Assembly (NCBI RefSeq): GCF_006345805.1
Contig: NC_042998.1
Span: 182,280,001-182,344,000, forward strand
Reading direction: 5' to 3'
DNA from: Octopus sinensis
Taxonomy: Eukaryota
Length of the DNA stretch: 64,000 bases
Within the stretch, counting starts at the first letter, position 1. Every line of letters begins with the position of its first letter. This document shows positions 14,151 to 27,605 of the stretch, piece after piece. The translations under genes and the position numbers were made by a program. The notes under the pieces are model-generated. The model was not told the origin of the DNA and did no database searches. It worked only from the letters and a program-made list of their open reading frames with translations.

Positions 14151-14194
14151 TTAGAATGATTCCCATCCATATCAAGCAAGAGCATAAAACCAAG

Positions 14195-14272
<78 letters not shown>

Positions 14273-14277
14273 AGAGA

Positions 14278-14660
14278 AGAGCAAAGACTGATAACGGCTC
14301 AAAGAGCCATGGAAAGGTCAATGCTTGGTATCTCGTTGAGAGAGCACAAAATAGCAAGATCATCAGAAAGAAGTCCGGCGTGAGAGATGTCATCGCAGAG
14401 TATACTCGCAGCAAGTAATAGATGGGCTGGACCCGTCGCCCGCTCACCGATAATCGGTGGACGCACGCAGTCGTCGAGTGGTACCCGCGTGAGCGGAAAA
14501 GACCACCCGAAAGACCTCCACGACGTGGAGTGACGATTTCAAGAGGACGATTGGGATCCGTGGATGAGAAAGCGCGATCCAGAGAGGAGTGACAGCGTGC
14601 TGTGACCAGCGGTGTCAAATGGACCCTGACGGACTGGTCGGTCAAAGTGATCAAAGTGAT
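14278..14660 (+). mobile_element. RTE-1-like LINE, 5'-truncated 3' end
   Basis: QRAMERSMLGISLREH, WAG.VA, DNRWTHAVVEWYPRERKRP; tandem tail caaagtgat x2. Confidence 0.85.
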
Positions 14661-14767
14661 AATATATTATATATATATATATATTATAACATAGGATAAA
14701 ATTTTCAAAAACATTTATCAGTGGCCAGTATATTAAAAAATACCTTTTAAGGTGAAATTTATAAACA

Positions 14768-15059
14768 ACTTATAACAAGGGCAAAAGAAATAAATTCCAA
14801 TGCCAAACATGCCGAGGATAGACTTTAAATCGTCAATAACCACATATAATTCATCTCTATAAGCACGCGTCCCGAAGCAAGCCGACAGAAATTTCTAAAA
14901 AATTTCATTATTACCGAATCAGTCCGATTTCTGAGTTAATTCATAAAGAATTTTCTCGTGCTTATAGTGATGAATTATATGTTGTTATTGACGATTTAAA
15001 GTCTATCCTCGGCATATTTGGCATTGGAATATTTTTTCTTTTGCCCTTTGTTTATAAGT
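14768..15059. repeat. Fold-back element, ~100-bp inverted arms, bounded by (AT)n
   Basis: 14768-14867 is the reverse complement of 14957-15059 at high identity. Confidence 0.85.
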
Positions 15060-15061
15060 AT

Positions 15062-15160
<99 letters not shown>

Positions 15161-15724
15161 GTTCATTTTGAGATAGGTTTCTGCCAGTATTGTCCCAAAC
15201 CCCGACTAATCTTATAGCGCCACCTGGAGAAGGTTTTATGTTACAGACATACTTTGGGCACCATAGCCCATTCGAGTAATGAGCCATTGTCTCACGTTCG
15301 GCTAATACAGTACTTGGACGAGCTTGTATAGCGCGCTGTTTGTACCATCCTGCAATCATTCAGGCTCAAAAACCTACATGGCACGCTGTACAAGCTCGTC
15401 CGATTACTGAACTATCCGAGCAGGAAAACTTAATGGTTCACATCACTTAAATCCCGTATTTATCAAATGATAATAAAATACTTACTGTTAATAAAGTCGG
15501 GATGTGTGGCGTTCAGTTTCTCAATAAATGAAAAATGCATTAAATACTAAAAAAACGTCTTTTAGTATTTAATGCATTTTCCATTTATTAAATAATACAT
15601 ACATACACTCAGACACACACGTACGCACACACGTATTTAGCATATATTAATTTTTTATACCTACACATATTTATACATATCTTTACACACGCAGATACAC
15701 ACCTGTATGTAAGTATATACATTC

Positions 15725-16015
15725 TTAACAGAATATGCCATAACTATATATATATATATATAGTTATGGCATATTTGCGTAATAAGATAAAAAAAAACCA
15801 AGGCTGTGTAGATATTAGAGCATTTATAGATAGGTCTTACAGCTGTTTCTAGGATATCAATTAATAATATCCCTTCAGACGGAACGAGTGTGAGAGGAAA
15901 AATTAAGTCATAGTTAGTTTAGATGTGATACAAATAGAGAGTGAGGTGGAGGAAAGAAAATAGATGTAAGATATTTATGGGTATTGAAGTCGTAAATCCA
16001 TTTTTAGGCATTTAA

Positions 16016-16020
<5 letters not shown>
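15725..16020 (-). mobile_element. Hammerhead-motif small element (family P1, Penelope pLTR-like), copy 1
   Basis: Homologous to 54838-55085; minus strand CTGAAG-GGATAT..ATATCC-TA-GAAAC-AGCT-GTA-AGAC at 15834-15880; ends in (AT)n. Confidence 0.6.
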
Positions 16021-16062
<42 letters not shown>

Positions 16063-17010
16063 TTATATATATATATATATATATATGTACAACATATGTA
16101 TATATATATTATACATACATATATACACATACATATGTATAGATATTATACATACACACACACATATTTATACATGTGTGTGTGTGTGTATAAGTAAACA
16201 TGTACAAAATGGACATTTGTAACATTTCACGAAGGAAGAAATTCACCATACAACTCGTACATATACAGTTATTTATTCACAAATCAACATTTATACGTAG
16301 ATACACAAACAGTAACGTATACCTGACAAGTATTCGTTGAAACATTTTAAAGATACACATTAACACCGCATTTACACAAATACACGAAAGACAGCAACAT
16401 TTTAGACACACGCATGGATGTACTTGTACATAATCAGACACTCTCACCGAAATAAACATAACGATATAAAAAAAAAAAATTATAACTATACAAAGTAGAG
16501 TAAAGCGCGGCGTGGAGATGTTACTGTAATATAAATATTCTTGAAAGATTTTGGTGTGGCCTAATTACTCAAACATTGGACTCGCGAATGAAACAGGTAA
16601 TTCTTGTTTGAAAAAACATGTTTCTATCGGGTGTCAAAATTTTCGTGAAAGATATTGTCAACAACTTGAATAACTCACCGTTGAAGCTCTATTGATCCTC
16701 GGTTCATTCAGCTCCGTATGATAGCATTCGGACTGTTAGCTTTAATTCCCCTCTGTTAGCTGTAATTCTCTGGTTTGCTCTGCTGTTAGATAATTTCAGT
16801 ACGGCACAGCGAAAGATCAGTAACGTGATACGATTTCACAACTCTTCAACTACCGAGAATTGAATCTTTTATCCATCTCATAGTTACAATTTCTAATCAG
16901 TGCGGAAAAAGAATGGTAAAGGTTCAAATCGAATTAGGAATTTTAGAGATTGATATAATATTCCACTTAAAGATTACGGAAGCTCGATCTCACACTGATA
17001 TTTAATCATA

Positions 17011-17241
17011 AAGGCGGCGAGCTGGCAGAAACGTTAGCACGCCAGGCGAAATGCGTAGCCGTATTTCGTCTGCCGTTATGTTCTGAGTTCAAATTCCGCC
17101 GAGGTCGACTTTGCCTTTCATCCTTTCGGGGTCGATAAATTAAGTACCAGTTACGCATTGGGGTCGATGTAATCGACTTAATATGTGTGTATGTCCTTGT
17201 TTGTCCCCTCTGTGTAGCCCCTTGTGGGTAGTAAAGAAATA
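17011..17241 (+). mobile_element. SINE family A, full length, 14-15 bp TSD
   Basis: Head aaggcggcgagctggcagaa, B-box gagttcaaattcc, core gcctttcatcctttcggggtcgata; TSD gatatttaatcata at 16997 and 17242. Confidence 0.92.
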
Positions 17242-18014
17242 GATATTTAATCATAACTATCATTTCTAACATATTCATAAAGCCACAGAGATATGAAAAT
17301 TGTCTGAAATATATAAACGCGATCAGGTTGTTGAAAATCTGAATATTTAAATTCTTGTTTTGATTAATTTAAATATTCACCAATTCAAAAGCCATTGTTT
17401 TCCATCCTCCAAGAGAAGATGAAATAATTAAAGTCATGTTCTGGGATGCCTTAAAAACCAATGGTACCCTTTGACGAAAATAGAGGCATTGTGCCGAAGT
17501 TAAAAATCGATATCATAAAATGATACAACTCAACAGGTATTTTGTTGCCTGGACGTTTTTACCTGATTTGTAGGTTTTTGATATGCTGAATCCCAAAACG
17601 GAATCCATTTATTACCATCTCGTCTAAATTTGAAGATACCCCTCTTCAATCATTAGTGGAGGGGTTCGAAGATCTTCCCAGGGACACAAAGGAACGCATG
17701 CTCCTGACGATGGCTACTTTGAGTACACTGTCATCACCCAACCATAATTTAGTTATTGTTTTTTGTTTTTCTTAAAAAATATTTTTATTTTTGGATGAGA
17801 TATTGTTTTCTTTTCCTTTTATGCAAATTGACAAATTTAACCCGAACACTGTATATATACGAGCTTATCGTATCATATAATGATTCATGAAAACTATACT
17901 ACTCCTATGTGTATGTATGTGTGTGCATGTGCATATATATATATATAAAATAATAATAATAATATATATATATATATATATATGTATGTATATATATATA
18001 TATATATATGTATG

Positions 18015-18045
<31 letters not shown>

Positions 18046-18769
18046 ACACACACACACAAACACTCGGGGGTGCGTGTACACCCCCACACACACGCTCACA
18101 GCGGTACACACTAGTGTACTCGTATATCCGGTGCGGCACGACGCTCGCATCATTAAACACCGCCTCATCAATTGTCATAGTTTATTCATTTCGTTATTGA
18201 TTGCTGGGGGGTTACTGCATAGAAAATTAGAAAACGAGAAATAATTTGACATAAATATAGGTCAGATTGTATTAAGTTATTAATTGATATATTTTATCTG
18301 AATATGCTGAATCTCGTTATAGAATCCACTTTATTTACGACCATTGAGCGGATGTTCTGAATTTATAGAACACTGTTCTATGTGCGTGTTGATGTTAAGT
18401 TCGAATCTTGACAGCTTCCACACTAATTTCCACTTATTTGATCTAACAATTAGAGGTGGGTGAGAGCAAGTACCGTGGTGTAGATGTAGGTTCATGGTGA
18501 GCAGAGTCTGTCAAACGGTCATGATCATTTCTATTTCGTCTTACATTGTTCATTCTCTTGAAAATAGTTACAAAATTCTTCAGTGTCATTTATCGTGAAA
18601 CTTAGCCGGGATAAGAGAGAAGCTCACAGATAATAGTTCTTTATTTTTCGGTTTCACCAGTAGAATGGAATTTACCTGTGAAGTACTGAAAATCTCTAAT
18701 GATGAAAAATGTTTTCGGAATTCCTGCCACAATCGGTCAGCTTAGGTATGAAGCCATGCGCTGCTGCAG

Positions 18770-19235
18770 CGCGTCACTGCACACACCATTTGTCAGTATT
18801 TGCTCGGCTCGTCCTGAACCCCACCACTCCCACCCGTCTCAGTAAAATACTTCCACATCTGGCGTGAGCATGTGGCATGTAGCCGACCAACAGGTGGCGT
18901 TACCCCCAAAATCCCAGGACCTAACTTGGAAAATCGAGTAAAATGACCAAATATGAGCTGATGCTCCTGAATCTTGCAAGTAACAAGATGCGTCCCAGTT
19001 TCAGAGTTGGTTGGATGCAAAATCCGGCCAATGGTAACGCATAACGTGTGAAGCGTCCTGGCATCAAAGGAATTCAGGCGCTTCCTATGGGCCTGAGACA
19101 GTATCCAAATCCTACAACTATAGAGCATGAAAGAGAGGACCAGAGACCCGAACCTTTGTCGTTATGTTCGGATATCGGTAGCGCCAAACACCTTTGTCCA
19201 GTCAATCCACAAATGCACCAGCACGCCTAAGTCTT
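18770..19235 (-). mobile_element. RTE-clade LINE, RT C-terminal fragment
   Basis: LDKGVWRYRY..TTKVRV, MLYSCRIWILSQAHRKRLNSFDAR, EHQLIFGHFTRF. Confidence 0.8.
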
Positions 19236-19239
19236 CTTA

Positions 19240-19685
19240 AGATCCTACCCTTGCTGCTATGGATCACACTGCCGAGACAAGTGAAGCCGTCAGCGACTTC
19301 GACATGCGAGGTGTCATCCACCCGCAGCAAGGAATATCAGTTAACCCGAAGAGGCCTATTCGAATGGGGACCCAGAATGTTCTCTCTTTGTCCCTGATAT
19401 CTTTGGAACTCGGCCTTTTGCAAGTCGCTATGATAGTTCTATCGGAGGTTCGTCGGTCAGAGAGGGGCGAAATCTCAACTAGTGGTCACATCTACTATTG
19501 GTCTGGGCGCTCTGATGGTTGGCCTGCAGGTGGGGGCAGGTAGCAGTTGCAGTGGCCGATTGGCTGGTTCCAATGGAATCAGATGTAAGACCAGTCAACG
19601 AATGTATTATGCAGCTGAGAATTTAACTATCGCTGGATGTCATTTCCTTGCTTGTACTGTATGCCTCGACTGCTGTGATTGCTAC
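19240..19685 (+). mobile_element. RTE-clade LINE, APE endonuclease N-terminal fragment, opposite orientation to the RT fragment
   Basis: NPKRPIRMGTQNVLSL, VLSEVRR..GEI..GHIYYWSGRSDG, VRPVNECIM, VLYASTAV. Confidence 0.8.
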
Positions 19686-19688
19686 CAT

Positions 19689-19752
<64 letters not shown>

Positions 19753-19755
<3 letters not shown>

Positions 19756-20309
19756 GCCCTGATGCAGTACCAGGCAGTGGCTCTCATGGCTTCTGATCTT
19801 AACTGATTGGAAGTGTTATCATGTACATTGTTTTGTCTTGGTATAAAAGATGGGCTACAGCAAATATTCTGCTCAATACCACAGATTTGCTTGTCAGTTG
19901 TTTGACCGTAACCAGTTGAGCATGTCCCTTAGTGGCTGACGATATGTGCATCTCTGATCACGAGCAGAAGTAGTGGGGGAGCATCATAGCCATGTGTTGA
20001 GAGGGATGCTTTGGAGTTTGAATAGTTCACCTCTGGAAACATGGGTGGTTCTTTCAACATCCTTAAACAACCCTTATTCGGGGACCGTTTGAGCGGGATG
20101 GGCTACTCAACCTGAAGAAAATTCAAACTGGGCCCCACCTGCAAAGTCATGTGCTGTTTATCTTGATATGAGATCACCATGTCGCGCACATATGGTTGTG
20201 ATGCATGTGCCTGGTGTACCTTTATCAGACGGGTAGTCATGATGGGTATATTGGGCTTCGTATATTTTACCCCAGTGTCACTTTGATGGCATGAACTGCT
20301 CTCTCACTC
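19753..20309 (+). mobile_element. ~560-bp non-coding element inserted in (AAT)n
   Basis: Bounded on both sides by (AAT)n (19690-19752 and 20310-20338); no ORF; recalled as an abundant octopus repeat (unverified). Strand is inferred from the neighbouring element. Confidence 0.55.
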
Positions 20310-20364
20310 AATAATAATAATAATAATAATAATAATAAGAAGAAGAAGAAGAAGAAGAAGAAAA

Positions 20365-21046
20365 GAAATATAACAAGTAACTGCAGAATATGTGGAGATG
20401 GACAAGAAACAATAAATCATATTATATCTGGCTGCCCAGTCCTGGCTAAGAAGGAATATATTCACAGACATGACAGAGTTGGAACCTACATACACTGGAA
20501 GCTATGCCAACATTATGGAATAACAACAGAAAAAAGATGGTATAGGCACACACCAGAAAAGGTCACAGAAAACGAGAAAGCAACCATACTCTGGGATATG
20601 CTGATACACACGGATAGAGAAACTAAGGCTAACAGACCAGATATAGTTGTCAGAGATCATGAAGAAAAAAAAATGCTTTCTAATTGATGTATCAATACCG
20701 GCAGATGACAACGTGTCTCTAAAAGAAATGGAGAAACTCTCAAAATACAAATACCTGGAAATAGAGGTAACTAGAATGTGGAATCTGAAAACAGAAACAA
20801 TTCCTATCATAGTAGGTGCATTAGGCATGATAAAAAAATATTCAGACAAATACATAACAAAAACACCAGGACTTACAAACACATATAACATACAGAAAAT
20901 TGCACTACTAGGCACTGCACACATCCTACGCAGAACACTTTCCATACAATAACCATCAGAGCATCACAACAAATCACAGCACATACCTAAGGCACACAGA
21001 GCTGCGCTCGGTAGTGAAGTGAAAGCACGCTATAAAAATAAAACTA

Positions 21047-21049
<3 letters not shown>
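20365..21049 (+). mobile_element. 5'-truncated R4/Dong-like RLE retrotransposon in (AAT)n
   Basis: CRIC..ETINHIISGC zinc knuckle, YIHRHDRV, ILWD, NRPDIV, LIDVSIP, KLSKY, PIIVGALG, QKIALLGTAHILR; one frameshift in the A-run at ~20670; 3' UTR then (AAT)n 21050-21116. Confidence 0.9.
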
Positions 21050-21116
<67 letters not shown>

Positions 21117-24100
21117 TCCATTATCTGAACGTTAGTATGGTTAGGTGACATGTACCATGCTTTCGCTAATTGTTTCAGATGCTATATGATCGCGTGTAGA
21201 CAAAAACGCCTTCTTGGCTTTTCCATGTTCGTGTCAGCTGCACACTAATATGCATAAAATGCTTCTCTCCCATTCCAGTGGTACTGTAGACAAGAGTGTT
21301 GGAACTTTGAGGGTAACATAAGTATGCGAAAGAAAGAAGAGAAAAGAGAAGAAGAAGGTAAACAGTGGCAGAAACAGAATAGAATAGAAAGTAAGAGTAA
21401 AGAAGGTTGAAAGAAAGATGTGAGTGCAGAAGTGTAAAATATACCAAGAGACTGATGATGTACGGATATAAATATTTCGAAAGTTGTGATTCATTAAAAA
21501 TTCCAAAATAGGTAGTTAGAATTTGGCGAATTTACTTTTTCTATCATTGCTATTAAAAGTTACTGTGTAAGCAATACCAGTGCATTAACAACTAATTTAA
21601 GATGTTTTAGAATATAATCACTGTGTGTCTGCAACCTTCCAAGAAGGTCGAATCTTTGGATTTTATCGAAGTCTGTAGATTGTTATTGCCGTTGATCCTG
21701 CTGGGAGATATCTATGAGTCAAGTCATTCGTGGCCTTTCCGGCTTTATGCATATCAGGGACTGCCGCGTCACTCACTATTTAATTCTTCATTTAAGATGA
21801 TAGTGATATTTCTACCAGACCAAATGATCACATAGAGACTCTCTCGTTGGCTCATAGAATCTTTAGATTATTGTGAAGCGTATGTCCAAGAGCAAGAGCT
21901 CAATCAGTTCCTTGTAGAACCAGTTTCGATTCAGTAAACTTTATCCTTTATCCACTTTCCAAATATGGTCTTATGGCATTAAAAGAAACCAATATCAAAA
22001 CATGAACAATCGAATAAAATTTCGGCAGCTTATTGTCTGAGTTCGTGAGCTTCTTTTAATTCACAGATGGAACCAATTCACTTCATTTGCATCAATAATC
22101 TTCCGAAGAACACCATCCCTGTCTACGTTCCTCACCGACATCGACCTGTAACTGATCATTGCTCCCGTCCTAATTTTACCAGTCTGAGAGCGCTTTTCCC
22201 ACTATTCATTCTAAAGAGAAATCTCATTCCACTCTTCAGTAAATAGATGGTATTTGGTTAGAAACTATTCTTGGTAACATTTTGCCATCTCCCAATTTTT
22301 ATTATAACGCATAACCACACAGTAAGTTATTTAGTGTAACTTTATTCATGTAATTATTAGAAGTGTGAACAGTAAAACTGTGATAAAGGTAGTTCACTAA
22401 ATTATGGACGGAATTTAAACTAGAATTTACACTAACTTCCTTGTTATTTCAGCTGAGGTTAAAACAATTATAAAGAAACTAATTATTATTTTCATTATAA
22501 AAACGCTGGTAATATTTATTTTGCTTCATTTATTTATATTCCTCAATGAAACATCAAAAGGCTTTTATGATATTGCGTAAATAAATAATTCGAAACTATC
22601 CCATTTTGTTAAAACAACACAAAATAGAAACCTGTTACAGTCTCGTTTCTTTTCACCTAAAATAGAAGATGAAAATACTCTCGATTCTAGAAATACTAGA
22701 TTTGATTCTATTTTCCCTACAGAAACTCTTTATATTTTTAGTAGCATTTTAGAAAAAGAATCTGTATTTCTGTAGTCTATGATTTCTTACGCTAGAAGTG
22801 TTACTATTCTCGTAGATATAGCATTCAAATTCGATGGTATATTATCATTTAATCAACATTGTTTATTTCCGTAGTTCATTTTCCAAACTATTTGACTTCG
22901 CGGTGTAACGTTCTTTAAAAGCAACATAAAAATAAAAATAAAGATGATCACCAGATAATACATAACACTGCATGCATTACTACGTCTGTATTCATAACTG
23001 CATCTTTGTTGATATTCCCTTGTGTTGAAATAGAGAGAACGATGTAAGTGGTCCCTTAGGAAGTCGACGCTATCTTTTATTTACTTTTCTCTGCTGACGT
23101 GCTTATTAATTCTTCGTTTGAGATTACTTGATTCAAGAGGAAACACGTCCCTTTGTCAATATTTACCGTTGCTTTCAGGACTTTTTCTATAAAATGATCA
23201 ATAGCAGCAATAAGAGAGGTCATAACAAGTTAAAGAAAATGCGACTATATGAAAAGTTTCTTAATATTTTTATACACTTGTTAGAAACTAGACATGTTAT
23301 CTCAATCTGTATTTCTCAAGAGTTCTTTTATTCAGTTCGTATTACTGGTTTTATTCTCGAATTCCGAATATGATTTTTGTAATGATAGACCCGTTAAAGT
23401 ATTTGTGGCGTTAGTCAAATACTCAACTAGTTTATTTCCACCTATATATTTCATTACCAAGACATTATTAACCAGTTTCAACGAAATACTTTAGTAGGGA
23501 GGAATAAATCATCTATATTCGCCTTTATCTTCTAGATTCTCTGTGAGGACATAAAACGAATACGGAATAAATTCTTTCTGTAGCTTCACATATTCCTCAA
23601 ATTTGCATCATAGTTTTGGCAATGACGTTTGTCCAATATCGATATATTTCACAATTGCTCATTATTTTCAATCCATTGATTAAGATCGTAATAATATTCT
23701 AGCCTCTTTATCAAGCAGCAGTAGGCGGAAACATTATTTTTCTACTTTTACCACATCATTCAGTTATCAACTCTTTATTTCTTTTCTTTATTTATTACTT
23801 CCTGGCAACAAATCAAGATATAACAACCATTCTCTAATTTCATTCTGCTCTTTTTATCTTGACTGGCAATTGATCCGGCTGCTATTTTTTCTTCTGTTAG
23901 ATATATTGTATTTGATTATTTATATAGCAATCGATGAACATTGGAAAAAGTCTTTCTCAATAATGACAGAAAAAGTAGATATAATACTTGTAATATCTAA
24001 ACTATGGACAATATTTGGCGAATCAAAACTACAATAGTGCGGTCATTTAACGAGGAACTTACTCTCAAATTATTCATTGCTCATTCTAACAAATAAATAA

Positions 24101-24249
24101 ATGTCGATTTATTTAACTCGGCAAACAGTTCTTATCTTTTACAAGCGGGGAAATATAAAGAGCCGCATAATAGTTATGTAAGTGAAATGAATTAATGTCA
24201 ACTAGAAATTGAAACTGCGTCGTGGTCTCCAGTTGTCAGTTTACCTCAC

Positions 24250-24390
24250 TTTACTATCTTTCGTCTTAAAGCATAAAAAAACACATTAGACAAGGTAGTC
24301 GTAGATAAATAAAACCCATAGCCACCAAAACCGAGATGGTCAAGACTCGAATGCTTTTGGTCATAGATATGCTCGATCAGGACAACACCA
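24250..24390 (+). repeat. Old dispersed repeat (family E); related copies at ~35905-36050 and ~39425-39570
   Basis: Shared degenerate motifs cgtcttaaa..cacatt(a/g)ga..a.gtagtc.tagata..gatggtca.g.ct.gaa. Confidence 0.45.
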
Positions 24391-24455
24391 TTTTTTCTAT
24401 GGATTTATTGTCATCAGTTTGATCAAGATAAATTTCTCGAATAATAATATTTTTT

Positions 24456-24845
24456 TTCTTTTACTTGTTTCAGTCATTCGACTGCGACCGTGCTGGAGCA
24501 CCGCCTTTAGTCGACCAAATCGACCCCAGAGCTTATTCTGTGTAAGTCTAGTACTTGTTCTATCGGTCTCTTTTGCTGAACCGCTAAGTTAGGGGGACGT
24601 AAACACACCGGCATCGGTTGTCAAGCGATGTTTGGGGGACAAACACACACACACACACACCACACACACACACACACATACATATACGACAGGCTTCTTC
24701 CAGTTTCCGTCTACCAAATCCACTCGCAAGGCTTTGGTCGGCCCGAGGCTATAGTAGGAGACACTTGCCCAAGGTGTCACGCAGTGGGACTGAACCCATG
24801 ACCATGTGGTTCGTAAGCAAGCTACTTACCACATAGCCACTCCTG
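24456..24845 (-). mobile_element. SINE family B (internal CA/GT microsatellite), full length
   Basis: Minus-strand head caggagtggctatgtggtaag..ggttcagtccc; tail gactgaaacaagtaaaa; homologous to 38780 and 46815. Confidence 0.9.
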
Positions 24846-25254
24846 GGAAATATAAAGAAAATGCAGCATTTGTGAGTGCCTGACAAGTATGAGTTAAACT
24901 TTTATGAGTGAACGAAAAAACAAAACAAAAAAACACAGAAAAGAAAACGCCCCAAGGCCTATAAAAACTTGCAAGGAACTAATTTACAACAGTTGCAATA
25001 AGATTGCGATAATAACCAGGCCATAGAAATGCGACCGGAAACTTTTGACAACTCAAGAAACAAGCGAAAGTGATTATAACAGTTTTGTTGTATTCATATA
25101 TGACTAAAAAAATTTGCGTATGTTGTAATTTAAATTGAAATTAGTTATAAAATGAATCTTTTTGCTTTTATTTTTCAAGCATGGAATGTAAATAAAGTAT
25201 GGTTATGTGGTTAAACAGTTCGCTTTACAATCACGAGGCTCTTGATTCGATACC

Positions 25255-25487
25255 TATTTCTTTATTACCCACAAGGGGCTAAACACAGAGGGGACAAACA
25301 AGGACAGAAATAGTTATTAAGTCGATTATATCGACCCCAGTGCATAACTGGTACTTATTTAATCGACCCCGAAAGGATGAAAGGCAAAGTCGATCTCGGC
25401 GGAATTTGAACTCGCAACGTAATGACAGACGAAATACGGCTACGCATTTGGCCCGGCGTGCTAACGTTTCTGCCAGCTCGCCGCCTT
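25255..25487 (-). mobile_element. SINE family A, 3' part of a 5S-SINE chimera
   Basis: Full A sequence; the shared 15-bp TSD tcttgattcgatacc (25240-54 and 25559-73) also encloses the 5S fragment. Confidence 0.9.
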
Positions 25488-25502
25488 ATAAGAAAGAAAG
25501 AT

Positions 25503-25550
25503 GTTTACAGTACCTAGGTTTCCCAAGCGGTCACCCATCTAAGTACTAAC
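25503..25550 (-). pseudogene. 5S rRNA 3'-terminal fragment
   Basis: Minus strand GTTAGTACTTAGATGGGTGACCGCTTGGGAAACCTAGGTACTGTAAAC aligns with the metazoan 5S 3' end GTTAGTACTTGGATGGGTGACCGCCTGGGAATACCGGGTGCTGTAGAC (recalled consensus). Confidence 0.85.
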
Positions 25551-25726
25551 TTGTAATATCTTGATTCGATACCATTGTGTCATACATTTTAACACGGATT
25601 CTTTTGGGAAATTGCTAATTATGTGAATGGTACAATTGTCAGGAGAATACACAGCTACTTATAATATAATTCAACGAGTCTTTGATCCGTTGCAACCGAC
25701 GGATATCCATATAAATAGATACCTAT

Positions 25727-26014
25727 ATCTTTTATCTTTTGCTTGTTTCAGCCATTAAGCTACGGCCATGCTGGGGCACCGTCTTGAAGAATTTTAGTTA
25801 AACGAATCAACTTCGTTACTTATTTATTTTTTAAAGCCTGGTATTTATTCTATCGGTTTCTTGCTGAACCGCTAAGTTACAGGGACGTAAAGATATTAAC
25901 ACTGGTTATCAAGCAGTGCTAGGAGACAAACACGGACACACATGTTTGACTAAACACTTCAAGATAGTACTCCAGCATGGTCGCAGTTCAGTAACTGAAA
26001 CAAGTATAGGATAA
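25727..26014. mobile_element. Two SINE-B 3' fragments in inverted arrangement (minus 25727-25940, plus 25944-26014)
   Basis: Tail motifs cttgtttcag..ccatgctgg and ccagcatgg..ctgaaacaag face outward. Confidence 0.7.
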
Positions 26015-26834
26015 AAAATGTGTGTGTGTGTGTGTGTAGATATATATTTTGCCAATATGCAGCAACATCGGAAACGATAATCTTTGCAATTAAATCCCTT
26101 ACGGTATTTGTTCATCAGCTATATGAAAACTGTTCTCAAAGACATTATTTACACCCCCACACACACACGCGCACACACACACACACACACACACACCACA
26201 CACACACACGCGCACACACACACACACACACACACAAACGCACGCGCACACATACACACACAAAATGCGAAAGAAAACAGTCGACAGCCTCATGAAACTC
26301 TTTCTCCATATATTTTCAAAGAAATTAATTGAATTTCTAATTAAAACAATTATGGGTTGACCGTGGTTGTTATACTTTTCATAATTGATCTATTTGTTCA
26401 GTCGTTTAAGAGTGACTTGGGGGTTAAGCAACATACCCAAACAACAATATACCCTTGCATAAAATAATAAAAAGGGAGATCTCAATAAAACTGATATTAA
26501 ATAAGATTGGCTAATTCAACAAATTGGAGAATATAGAGTCCATGACTCATATTTGATTAACTTCGATATTTTGAAAATTCTATATTATTGAACACATCGT
26601 TGATTATCTAATGAAATAAACGCATAAAACTTTAATTATCAGAGCTATGTGTGTTCTACATAAAAGGGCTATTCAACTGGCATGAATATGTTGTACACTA
26701 GCAACGATTTTTTTTTTTTTAATGAGCAAGAAGTTTTACATTGCCATTAAGGTAATGAATTTAAATTACTCATGCTTCAATATGTATATTTAATTTCATT
26801 AATAAAATAAACATTCGAAGGTATTTTTAAAGAA

Positions 26835-27066
26835 AAGGCGGCGAGCTGGCAGAAACGTTAGCACGCTGGGCGAAATGCTTAGCAGTATTTCGTCTGCCGT
26901 TACGTTCTAAGTTCAAATTCCGCCGAGGTCGACTTTGCCTTTCATCCTTTCGGGGTCGATTAAATAAGTACCAGTTGCGCACTGCGGTAGATATAATCGA
27001 CTTAATCCATTTGTCTGTCCTTGTTTGTCCCCTCTGTGTTTAGCCCCTTGTGGGTAGTAAAGAAAT
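26835..27066 (+). mobile_element. SINE family A, 16-bp TSD
   Basis: TSD aggtatttttaaagaa at 26819-34 and 27067-82. Confidence 0.92.
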
Positions 27067-27177
27067 AGGTATTTTTAAAGAATAGTAATTTTTCTTTAAT
27101 CTAAAACTAATGCACCAGTCAGTTCGCAGGAAGTTGTTTTACTACGGAAGTAAAAGCATTGATAATGCCCAATAATC

Positions 27178-27250
27178 TGTCTATCTATCTAGTTGTCTGT
27201 CTGTCTGTCTGTTTGTCTGCCTGTCTGTCTCTCTGTCTGTCCGTCCTTCC

Positions 27251-27322
<72 letters not shown>

Positions 27323-27327
27323 GTCTG

Positions 27328-27381
<54 letters not shown>

Positions 27382-27402
27382 CATCCATCCATCCATCCAT
27401 CC

Positions 27403-27446
<44 letters not shown>

Positions 27447-27465
27447 GTCTATCTATCTATCTGTC

Positions 27466-27518
<53 letters not shown>

Positions 27519-27535
27519 GTCTATCTATCTATCTG

Positions 27536-27604
<69 letters not shown>
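27178..27604. repeat. Long (GTCT)n/(ATCT)n/(ATCC)n array
   Basis: Direct reading. Confidence 0.95.

Positions 27605-27605
<1 letters not shown>

Noticed and set aside
21960-24100. Possible decayed RTE endonuclease (~22000-22200) and transposase (~23400-24000) on minus
   Set aside because: Motif matches are too weak to call by eye.
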